From Octopus bimaculoides (Eukaryota), in contig NC_068985.1 in the NCBI RefSeq assembly GCF_001194135.2, positions 33,611,078 to 33,649,862 on the forward strand: DNA of 38,785 bases. Direction: 5' to 3'. Shown here one piece after another: positions 23,296 to 33,211 of this stretch (its first letter is position 1; the number at the start of each line of letters is the position of its first letter). The position numbers were made by a program, and so were the translations under genes. The notes below the pieces were generated by a model, which was given only the letters and a program-made list of their open reading frames with translations, did not search any database and was not told the origin of the DNA.

Positions 23296-23849
23296 TTAAA
23301 AAAAAAAATGAAGGTCACATTAGTATTGGATGCCTGATGTCTATAAAAGATTGAATAAAAATGTCTGGAACATCTTAATTCATAGGTTTGTTTGATCAAA
23401 TCTGACCTATGCTAAATAATAGCATCTTTATTGATAATGGCTAAGATACTGAAAAGTATGCTAGAAATCTGACGTGTTTGCCAGATAAAATTGTTTTGGT
23501 TAGTTTGAATTTATGCAGTAGTATATCTGTAATAATTTTTAAAGTAGTAACAATAGAAATTGTTGAATCTCCATGAAATGCTGGTGTTGCTTGTTAACTA
23601 CTGCTACTCTTTATAGTCAGTCTGCAGATGTCAGTGGAATTTTTAGTAAATCAAAGCCTGATTTAAATTGTCATTTCTATTTAATTTACTAAAGATGAAA
23701 TTATTGTTAAGCAATGTACATTATGACCAGGAAATCTCACTGTTATACCAACATCTTCAGGAACTTCATGTATGTACCTTTGAGAATTAGCTGTCTTTCA
23801 TCATCATTGTCATCATCATAGTCGTCATTATCATCATCATCATTGTCAT

Positions 23850-24309
23850 CATCATCATAACATTCACTTTTCCATGCTTGCACAGGTCAGACAGAGTATA
23901 TTGAAGCAGATTTTCTATGGCCAGATATCCTTTTTGTTGCCAACCCTCACCTGTTTCCAAGGTAATATTTCCCAGACTCGATGTTGCAGAATATTGGAAA
24001 TGAATGACACTGCTTATATGGCAGTGACACTCATTTACAACTATCATGTGATGTGTAGATGAAGAGATACAAACATTCACTCTCTCAGACTCACACACAC
24101 ACACATATGTACATAAATACACACACACATATATGTATACATGCATACATGATGGGCTTCTTTCAGTCTCCATCTACCAAACCCACTCACAAGGCTTTGG
24201 TTAGCTTAGAACTATAGTAGAAGACACCCAAGGTTCCAGACAATGAGACTGAGCCTTAAACCATGTTGTTAGAAAGCAAACTTCTCAACCACACAGCTAT
24301 ACCTGCACC
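23850..24309 (-). mobile_element. Family D copy (23850-24065) and family A head (24153-24309), preceded by (CAT)n
   Basis: TTCACTTTTCCATGCTTGCACAGGTCAGACAG ... GCCAACCCTCACCTGTTTCCAAG; GGGCTTCTTTCAGTCTCCATCTACC ... CACACAGCTATACCTGCACC. Confidence 0.7.
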
Positions 24310-25649
24310 AATCCACACAGTTACACCCGCAAGTTTATATAGTGTAAAGGTACATTTGAAGGAACTTATTTGATAGTCTTGACAAACTCTGTTTCCCCAG
24401 AATATTTTGAAATTATTTCTGCTTTCATAAATGCTTTCATTGGCTAATGAAGACATAAGATGATACAATCTTGACACATGTAAGCAATTAATGGTGTAGT
24501 CTGATGATGAATGCATGAGATCTCATCAGAAACTCAACTTAGACTGTAACTTTAAAAGCTTTACAGCTGACACGTACAGAAACCAAATATTTTTACAATT
24601 TATTCATAACTGGAATCTCTTCTTCCCATATATAGATCAAAATGTGGAAAACAAAGCACTAGCTTTGACTTCAGCCATAGATCAGAATCATTTTTTTGGA
24701 AATAACCCTGAAAGATTCTCTGACTTATGACTTTACTCTTCAGGTAGAAAATCATGCCATCTCTCATCAGATTGATTTTGAAACTGCAATTATGAAATCT
24801 CAAATTTAAATTATCTGATCTGATGTAACTTTTAGTGGAAGTGAATGGAATACTCAGAGACTTTAAGGAACCCAGTAACTCAGCCTGATGAGCACGGTAT
24901 ATCTTGCTGTCAGTAATAGTTAATAAATTTTCCTACTTAGACACTTATTTGTAGCCCAACTTAGTCAACTTAGTTAACACAATGTTTTCCAACAAGTTAT
25001 TTAGTACAATCAGCTTATATATTTTGTACCATTATGTTGTGTTGCATTCTAATAAAGAAATTATTCAGCACTTCCAAAGTAGATGGTTTTTGTTTCAGTT
25101 AAAGTATTTTAGTTTCAGCCATAGAAATGTTAATTTTTAAGTTTATTATGAGATGTATCACCAAACCTAACTTCAGTTAAGGCTGCAGTTAGGTATGATG
25201 AAAGTTCTGAAACTGAGAGAATCAATATTTCTGAAAATTGCCTTGACTTGTCAACCTTGGTTTCCGATAAAGTTCTATAATAGTAACCCAATCAAACACC
25301 TCAAACTAATAAACCTCAACTAAGCTGACAACCTTGCAATAACTGGCAACAAGTATGTGTGTATCCAATCAGTCATTCAATGCATCTGTGTGTATGCATC
25401 GTATGCTGGCATGAAAATCAATGCTGCTAAGACAAAATTTGTACTCACTGGCATCTTACCTTCTTAAAGGTGAGATTCTGAATGCATTTTATGAATTCAA
25501 GTGCTTTGTTGTTGCACTCTTTCATTATCAACAGCCAGCTTTAGACCAGGACACATTCATGTAGACAGAAAATTTTGCATGTGTTGAGCATGATTTTGCA
25601 CCATACTAGTCTTGTGAAGCAAGACTATGAGAGTGGCAAACATACATAA

Positions 25650-26270
25650 GCTGGAAGTATTTGACCAATTTTACTTTTGCCAGATCCTTTATATTCTTGC
25701 TTTGGATTTTGTCAAATTTTGAAGATTATTATGGCCATGTTGATTGTTTTTGCAACTCTTGTTTGAAAAATGCCTTTGCTGGTGTGATCACTCACTGTCA
25801 TCCACAGAGCAAATTCATCTATGATGTAGCCATACCAAAGTGCCTTTTGGGACAGCATAAACAGCAAGTGAAGCAGTTGAAAATGTGGCTTAGTATGATT
25901 AAGTCTGATGTTAAATTGATATCCTTGCATACATGCTATTCTCCATTAAAATCGTGACTAATTGACATTCACTATATCAGACATTTTGTGATCACTGAGC
26001 ATAGTTGGCTTCTGTTTGCAATACTGTGGATTCATTGATTGGAACTAGTTAAATTAGGTGAACACCAACATAACTACAAATACACAAAACAATGAACCGT
26101 CTACTGATTTTAATCTGTGTTGTTCTACTCCCATCAAAGACCTGTTCAATGACACAGTTCATTTGAATATTTTGCATTCTATGACAACACTCAAAAATAT
26201 TGGAATTTTGAAGTATTATTTTGATGATATTGTATGCATGCAATTTCATATTGGATTTAAAGAAGAATGT
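25650..26270 (-). pseudogene. Possible highly decayed Tc1/Tc3-like transposase remnant
   Basis: Frameshifted pieces KQKPTMLSDHK, DD..DHTSK, AFFKQE ... TWP**S loosely resemble Tc1 KKPLL...HK, QDNA..HTSK and WP.QSPDLN. The alignment is weak and by eye only. Confidence 0.25.
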
Positions 26271-26365
26271 AAATAACTCTATACTATAATAACAATAGCA
26301 ATGATTGAATCTCCTTGAGGTACTGCGATTCCTACCTACTGCTACTGTTGTAAATACTTTTGTAA

Positions 26366-26728
26366 ACTAAGAAGCATGCATCCCAACCACATGCTTCCAG
26401 GTTCAGTCTCACTGCATGGTACCTTGGGCAAGTGTCTTCTATTATAACCTTGGGCTGACCAAAGCCTTGTGAGTGGGTTTGGCAGACTGAAACTGAAAGA
26501 AGCCCGTCATGTGTGTGTGTGTCTTTGTATCTATGTTTGTCCCCCACTGCTGCTTGACAACTGGTGTTGGTGTGTTTACATCCCTGTCATTTAGCATGTT
26601 AGCAAATGGAACCAATAGAATAAGTACTAAGTCCTGAGGTCGATTTGTTCAACTAAATCCTTCAAGGTGGTGGCCCCAGTATGACCACAGTCAAATGATT
26701 GAAACAAGTAAAAGATAAAGGATAAAAG
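26366..26728 (+). mobile_element. SINE family A, near full length
   Basis: CCCAACCACATGCTTCCAGGTTCAGTC ... CCTTGGGCAAGTGTCTTC ... GAAACAAGTAAAAGATAAAGGATAAAAGAT. Confidence 0.87.
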
Positions 26729-27046
26729 ATACTATCTTTACTGTCTGGCAATAGATATCAGTGGATTCTTTTTTTAGTAAATTAAAGCTTGACTTAAATT
26801 GTCTTTCATCTTTTCTTGTTCACATTTCAATATCTCTAGGAGACATTAAGAAAGAACATAGTGCTAAAATGATACTAGAATTCATTGAAGATGTTCAAGA
26901 AGATGAGGTGGGGGGGACTTTGAATTGAATGCCAAATGTACTAGAGATTGAAGGGTGCACGCCATCCCAAATGTGATAAAAATATCTCATATCTTAGTGA
27001 TGGTAACTGTAGTTATAGCATGGGTATGGGGCATTCTCATGACCTC

Positions 27047-27599
27047 TCATAACGATTTCCAGTCTTCTCCCCCTTCAAGATCGACTGTGAAGGGAATCTG
27101 GTCTGCATTGCTGATGCAGCTCAGAGGATACTGATGCCGTTTATGCAGGTTGATCATAAACCACTGGAACCTCTCAGTCTTCTTGTCAAAATCTTCTGGC
27201 AGTTGCTGTGCAATGTGGGTGCAATGCCTGATGGACAGATCATGCCTGCACATAAACTGGAAAGCCCATGATGTGCTGGAATAGAAGTCTCTGATGCTGA
27301 TGTCTTTGGCAATTCTTGGCCTCAATTCAAAGGGTAAGTGTCAACACCACGAGTCCTGCCATCCCCTTCTCCTTCACCCATCCGAGAAGCCTCTCCTTCA
27401 ATTCCAGCCACTTCACTGTCTTGCCCCTCATTGCCTTCTACTCCTTAGGCATCAACTTGATTGTGGCCTTATTGGAGCACCATCGTCAGACAACAGATTT
27501 GTCAACCCCAAAGTGACGGCCTACTGCGTAGTTTCCAAACTCCTCAGCAAGCCTGGAGACTAAGAGCTTGAAGGCAGCTGTGAATGCTTGTCTTGGCAT
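27047..27599 (-). pseudogene. Decayed pogo/POGK-like (Tc2/pogo) transposase: Brinker-type DBD, CENP-B-like HTH and start of DDE
   Basis: From ATG at 27599: MPRQAFTAAFKLLVSRLAEEFGNYAVGRHFGVDKSVV*RW ... KWLELKERLLGWV, frameshift, then FYSSTSWAFQFMCRHDLSIRH ... QQLPED ... YPLSCISNADQIP (compare POGK F.ASRGW..R.M.RYDLSLR ... QHLPED ... GNADETP). A possible further DDE piece, GMACTLQSL, lies near 26920-26990. Confidence 0.82.
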
Positions 27600-27744
27600 G
27601 ATGACTTGACCGTCATTGAACTTGAAGAGTGAAGTAGATGAGTCATGTGGAACTTGAAGAGCAGAGTAAATGAGTCAGTAAGGCTAATTACAGTCCAAAC
27701 AATAGGATGTAGCTTGAAAACAACAACAACAACATTGAAAAAAT

Positions 27745-27905
27745 ACCTTAGAAATGAGAACTCAGGTTCAAAATTTCCCCTAGACATCTGATGAAGGCTG
27801 GAGGGTATATCAACCGAAACGTGTTAACAACAAACAAGATGAGCACAAATATCCGTCAAATGTAAATAATGTACATAATTCCTCATCTCTTAAATATAGA
27901 ACTGA
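27745..27905 (+). mobile_element. Penelope-like terminal fragment with degenerate hammerhead core, inserted upstream of the pogo ORF
   Basis: CTGATGA at 27788-27794, stem II GGCTGG/TCAACC with one mismatch, GAAAC at 27816-27820. Confidence 0.5.
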
Positions 27906-28043
27906 AAAGTAAGTCTTTATAGAAATTCTCACTACTTTTCTACCAGCACATGTCCCTCTTCTACAGGCTTGCAGCACCATCAAAGTGGAGGCTGCAACTG
28001 AAACACCAGCGCACGTTGGCTTGAAATGTGTAATGTTATAAGA

Positions 28044-28069
28044 AACCCTAACCCTAACCCTAACCCTAA
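28044..28069. repeat. Short interstitial telomere-type repeat (AACCCT)4AA
   Basis: Directly visible; the reverse complement is (TTAGGG)n. Confidence 0.9.
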
Positions 28070-28149
28070 GAGCGTATGATGGACAAAATAAGAATATTTA
28101 AACAGTTTTTTTATTAGTTTTTTGGATAATTACATGAAATAATGTTTGG

Positions 28150-28254
28150 GTTTTAGACCAACTTTTTCTTGTACCCATGTATAAACTGCACCCCGCTTTT
28201 CCTGGTTTTCCCGTCGGAAAACAAAGTGCAGTTAATACACTGGCAAATACGGTA
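28150..28254 (-). mobile_element. 5' terminus (TIR + TA) of the Tc2/pogo-type transposon
   Basis: The reverse complement reads TA|CCGTATTTGCCAGTGTATTAACTGCAC; CCGTATTT starts are typical of Tc2/pogo TIRs. Subterminal inverted pair GTATAAACTGCAC / GTGCAGTTAATAC. Orientation agrees with the transposase. Confidence 0.7.
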
Positions 28255-28945
28255 TTCAAGACTGCATTTTTCCAAAGTATCCTTTGTGTCTTTTTTAATA
28301 TGATTTGAAGGAAAGCTATGGTTGCTTTTTCTAGCAGCTTGAGGACCACATAGAGACCTCTCAGCAAAGTAATTTTATCATTCTCAAACTATGAGGACTT
28401 ATTCAGACTGCAGCATTGCTATACATTTGGGAAATTATCATTTATTTAAGATCATTATCATTGTTATTTCTCTGATATGTATAAAAGCCAAACATTGAGT
28501 TTATAAGCATTGCAATAAACTCAAGACATTCGACTCTGTTAGCTTAAGCTTTCATGCCTAATTAAATTGTCCTCATATTCTAAGATTCCATGCCAGAGGT
28601 TTTGCACTTGCTCCTTCTTAACTATAGTATTTCTTGCATAATTAAGAAGTCATCAATTTTAAAAATCTTTTCTTTCTTATTGTTTTTATTTATTTATTTA
28701 TTTATTTTGTAATCCTGGCTGATATATAGACAGACCTTAGGTAGTTTTCTTTTGCTTAAGAAAAAAAATATTAATATTTTATATTTTTAAATATATTTCT
28801 TAATTACATCATAATTGATATTTCACAATTACCTTGCATGTTTTTTCATCTCTTTTCATCCAAATCATCTCTAATAAGTATATTGTGTGTGTGACTGTGT
28901 CTGTACATGGACATGAATGTGCGCCTGTGCATATATGTTTGCTGT

Positions 28946-28950
<5 letters not shown>

Positions 28951-28982
<32 letters not shown>

Positions 28983-29036
28983 ATGTGTGCGTTCGTGCAT
29001 GCATGTGCGCGCGTGCATGTGTGTATGTGTGTGTTT
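28951..29036. repeat. (GT)n and mixed alternating purine-pyrimidine tract
   Basis: Directly visible. Confidence 0.9.
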
Positions 29037-31024
29037 AAAATGAGGCAGTCTATTGTAACAGTTCTATGAATTTCTGTTCTTCCTGTAGAACTAATTCACC
29101 CCTAGGCTGCAGATTTTCTCCATTATTTGTTATTGTTAAAACTAGTTTCAACTAACTGTATTTAAACAAAGCCACAACACTGAGGTCATCTGAAGCCCAT
29201 ACTCTTTGCCTTGTGTACATACAGTGCATCCCTGATAGAATAGTAATTTAATACATCTGATTCTGTTAGTTTCAATACTTACTTATAAGCCAAAGTTTCC
29301 ACACTGAATGTTCACTGGTGTTACTTGAGAAACTGACATGCCGCTGTTAATTTTCTTGTTTTTTACTCTGGATTAGTTTTAATTGTGAAGATCTATGATA
29401 AAATGTAGTCCATCCTTTTTCATCCCATCATTTTAGTTTCAGTCATCATGTACCTGATACTACATTAAACAGTGTTGTCTTATATGTATGTCATCAGTTT
29501 TAAGATGGTAGGGTCTAATGTAATTTAAGTGAAATTCGGCTGCTGTTTCTAGCAGCTTGAGCAACCATATAAATTGTTTGCTCGTTTAGTACACATATGA
29601 TGCTGGAGGTTTTTGTTTGTTTTTTTATCTGTCTATCCAGACAGCTACTCTACCTTTTAAAGCATCCATTAGATATATTGTTTATACAATATTGAATTGC
29701 AAAGTATATTTTTTTTTTACTGTGATGAACAAACTACTTTCTTATTTTCAAGACTCCCTCAAGGTCATAATAAGTACTAATTGTTGTTTTTAGTGGTATT
29801 ATTTTACCAAGATTCTATTGATATTTATGCTTGACATAATCACTAACAATTTTATAAGGTACTATATAAATATTAACAATATTTGTTTGCGCTTGCACGG
29901 ATATGTGTCCATATGTGTGTACATTCACTGTTCTGTGTACTTTCAATGTTCCTCATTCTTCATTTTCTTTCTAAGAATGTTTTTTTTTTCCTTTATTGGG
30001 TTTATAACTTTTTATCTTCCTGTAAATGAAGATATTAAAAGTCATGAAAATTGCATGACTGCCCACGTATTTACTTGTAAGTGCAATTGCGCACTACTGC
30101 CAAAATACCTAGAGATTTAAGAGAGTTTCTTCATACGCACACACACACACACACACACCATATAAAGCTGTACTCAAATAACACTGGAGGCAATATCATA
30201 GCAACGAGTATGTGACTTTTTATTTCCAAGATAAATTCTGTTGCTACCGAATTACATTAGAGGATTTCAAATTAATTAATAACTTTGTATTTCTAGGAAA
30301 TTCCTATGAGAATACTTGTTTTATATTCACACATTATTTTGATAACTCAACTGTTCCTCATTATATATTTATCTGATAAGGGAAGCGGAGCTGGCCAGGA
30401 TAGAAGAACATCTACTAAAAAGTATTTTATTTTTTACTTGTTTCAGTATTTCATTTTTTACTTGCTGAGACACTGCCTTGAATGAATCAACCCCCAGCAC
30501 TAATATTTTTGAGTTTGATACTTATCCTATCAGTCACTTATGTCAAACTGTTCTGAGTTATAGAGATGCAAGCAAACTGACACCAGTTGTCAAACAGTGG
30601 TTGAGGACAGACACACACATACACATACACACTTATATATACATACACAAACATATATATGTGAATATATACAACAGGCTTCTTTTATTTTCTGCCTCCC
30701 ACTCCAAGGTGCATGCAGTGGAATTGAATTCAGAACCATGTCGTTGAGAAGCAAACTTCGTACTACACAGCCACACTTGCACATTGCAGTTTTTACTTTT
30801 AATCCTTTCAATTGCAAATTCAAATCTAATTCATTTTTTTTTCATCCACAATTGTTAAAATGAAAGCAGTAATGAAATTGGAATTAATTCATTGTTTTTT
30901 TTTTAATAAAAATTAGCCTTTTTATCTTGTCTAGTTCAAAGAAATCCTTTGTTTACCTCAAAAGTAAACTTTCCCATTGATAACAAATTAAAAAAGAAAA
31001 ATTTTAATCTTATATGAAAATTTA

Positions 31025-31150
31025 CCAACCACATGGTTCCAGGTTCAGTCCCACTGTGTGGCACCTTGGGCAAGTGACTTCTACTATGGCCTCAGGCCAA
31101 CCAAAGCCTTGTGAGTAGATTTGGTAGATGGAAACTGAAAGAAGTTTGTA

Positions 31151-31180
<30 letters not shown>
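31025..31180 (+). mobile_element. SINE family A 5' part ending in (TA)n, about 95 nt upstream of the arrestin exon
   Basis: ACCAACCACATGGTTCCAGGTTCAGTCCCACTGTGTGGCACCTTGGGCAAGTG. An antisense partial copy lies at 30676-30782. Confidence 0.85.
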
Positions 31181-31184
<4 letters not shown>

Positions 31185-31275
31185 CATCACCTTACTATAT
31201 TTCAACCCTTATATCTTTACAACTCTTGAAGAACATCAAATTTATTATTGCTTTTTATTTTCTCTTATTCTTCAG

Positions 31276-31336
31276 ATCACAGCGTACCTCGGCAAACGGG
31301 ATTTTATTGACCATCTTTCTCACATTGACCCTGTTG
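31276..31336 (+). CDS. ARRB: Arrestin coding exon, equivalent to ARRB exon 3: I-T-A-Y-L-G-K-R-D-F-I-D-H-L-S-H-I-D-P-V-(D)
   Basis: Acceptor TTTTCTCTTATTCTTCAG, 61-nt exon, donor GTAAGT. Contains the arrestin signature YLGKRDF.DH. Phase 0 start joins in frame with 7342-7372; it ends in phase 1. Confidence 0.95.
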
Positions 31337-31449
31337 GTAAGTCATTAAAGACAGTGATAAATTTTTCATGTATCTATATATGTGATGAGGCAATGAATTC
31401 ATTTGTAAGTTACCAGAGTTCTATCCATACTCTGGCCCAAAAGTTTTTG

Positions 31450-32665
31450 GGAACAGGTTGGTAAGTTGGTTCTCATTAAACCCCAGAGGCCCTCCTAGGG
31501 CATCATCATTTTTATGCTCTGCCATCACTCTTTACAAAACCAAAGTAGTATTCCCACTGCCGGCCTTGCCCATCTTGTGGATAAGCATGAGTGCCTGCCA
31601 ACACTCCTTTTGCCATTCAGTCAGATTACATCTTTTAATGAAACCAGGTTTAAATCTCTCCAAAGAGGCTGGTCGCAGAAAGAATTCCTCTGCCAGCAGA
31701 TTCCACAACTTATCACCATCCAGGTAGCGCCAGAGATGCCTCAGCCTCAACGCATGTCTGCATATCATCAACCAGGGCATCCCTAACCCACCCTTTAGCA
31801 GCTCTTGGCAGCAAACAGAGTGCCTCACAAGTGGCTTTCCTCCCTTCTACAATACGCAGAAAAGAAGTTGCTCCAACTTGTTCAGCCATGAGTTGGGGTA
31901 AGGGACAATGGTCATGCGGTAGGTGATAACAGATGTAATAAACACCTGTACCACCTCCTTTCAGGGACAGAGACCTTCTGGACCAGGTCAAGACTAAGGC
32001 ATCCACCCTGTCTGCCACCTCGCTTCAATTCTTCTCTGTCTGGGAGTCTGGTCCAAATCAAACTCCAAGCAACAGGACCATCTGTTCAGTGACCCACGAC
32101 ACTGGACGATATCGGCTTACTCCTCCAGGTGCCAAGGTGCAAGACAACGGACTTGTCCTTGTTAACTTTTGCCCCTGCCACCACCTCATATCCTCTGATA
32201 GCCTCCTCTACATGAGGTAGCTGAGCCTCATTGGACACAATGATGGTGACGTCATCCACGTAAGCAGAGACCGACTTACTGCAACCGATTTCACTCGGGG
32301 TGCCCCCCAAAAAATTCTCCAGCTTCCGCAGTAATGGCTCAAGAGCCAACACGTGTAGAAGCAGAGACAGAGGACACCCTTCACGAACTGAACGCTTGAT
32401 CAAAAACAGCTCCGAGAGGTAGCCGATTATCTGGATGGTGGATTTAATGCTGCTATACATAGCGGAGACCCACCCACAGAAGTCAGGGCCCAGCTCAGCC
32501 ACATCAAGGACTACCACCAGGTACTGGTGGTCTACCCTATCAAATGCTTTACTTTGGTCTAAATGGACCATTGCCCCACCTTTGCTGGTTAATTTACCCA
32601 CCCTGTCTAAGGTGTAGCAGATAAAGTGAAGACTTGAGGCAACCAGGCATAATCCCCTCCCCAAA
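31450..32665 (-). pseudogene. Decayed Tx1/L1-clade LINE ORF2 (reverse transcriptase and downstream region), truncated at both ends
   Basis: HLDQSKAFDRVDHQYL, RSVREGCPLS, LALEPLLRKL, SAYVDDVT, AGAKVNKDKS, then LGV*FGPD, WSRRSLSLKG, KGGLGMP, ALRLRHLWRYL across frameshifts. Confidence 0.9.
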
Positions 32666-32834
32666 AGGGGGAAAAAAAGTCTATATAATTTAAAATTCAT
32701 CTTTTCATTAAAATTTTTAAATAAGGTTCATTTGAACTCACATTAACTTCATCTGTATGTGTTGTTTTGTGCTGTACCATCTATATGTGGCATTATTGTC
32801 TTAATAAAAAAACTCAGCTAGCAAGCCATGCTAC

Positions 32835-32877
32835 TCTAGACTGATGATGAGCAATGACTCTGAAACTAGTCTCTGGA
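32835..32877 (+). ncRNA. Minimal type I hammerhead ribozyme motif
   Basis: Stem I TCTAGA/TCTGGA; CTGATGA at 32841-32847; stem II GAG/CTC; GAAAC-TA-GTC at 32862-32871. Confidence 0.72.
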
Positions 32878-33177
32878 TGCTGGCTTTGCTGGGTGGAGGT
32901 GCTTAGCTCCCCCTTTGAAAACATAAGGACACAGAAAATGTGTCATGGCCAATTGGAAATGGTGTTTCCTGGGGCTAAATAGCAGTAGCATTATTTCCTT
33001 TTATGGGATTGTCACATTAAGTTTACAACATACCATCACTTTATCATTACATAATAATCTTTATAATGATTTTTTTTTTTTTTGTAATCAACTTTAGTTT
33101 ATATAATTCTACAGTGACTTTTTTTCATACTCATTGCAAATTTTGTCTTACTAGCAAGACTGTAGACCTTAGAAAAA

Positions 33178-33211
<34 letters not shown>

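Larger units (their letters stand above)
7373..31275 (+). other. GT-AG intron (23,903 bp) between the two arrestin exons
   Basis: GTATGT at 7373 and TTCAG ending at 31275; the joined peptide is contiguous arrestin sequence. Three N-gaps make the true length approximate. Confidence 0.85.

Noticed and set aside
24884-24915. CTGATGA-GCA ... TGC as a hammerhead core (also 1340, 3997, 7727, 24503)
   Set aside because: No GAAA box or NUH triplet follows the putative stem II.
28495-28524. 10-bp inverted repeat TTGAGTTTAT/ATAAACTCAA
   Set aside because: A short AT-rich stem of this kind is plausible by chance in 39 kb of AT-rich DNA.
28951-29036. Z-DNA-prone alternating purine-pyrimidine tract as a regulatory element
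   Set aside because: Such (GT)n tracts are ubiquitous in this window and nothing singles this one out.
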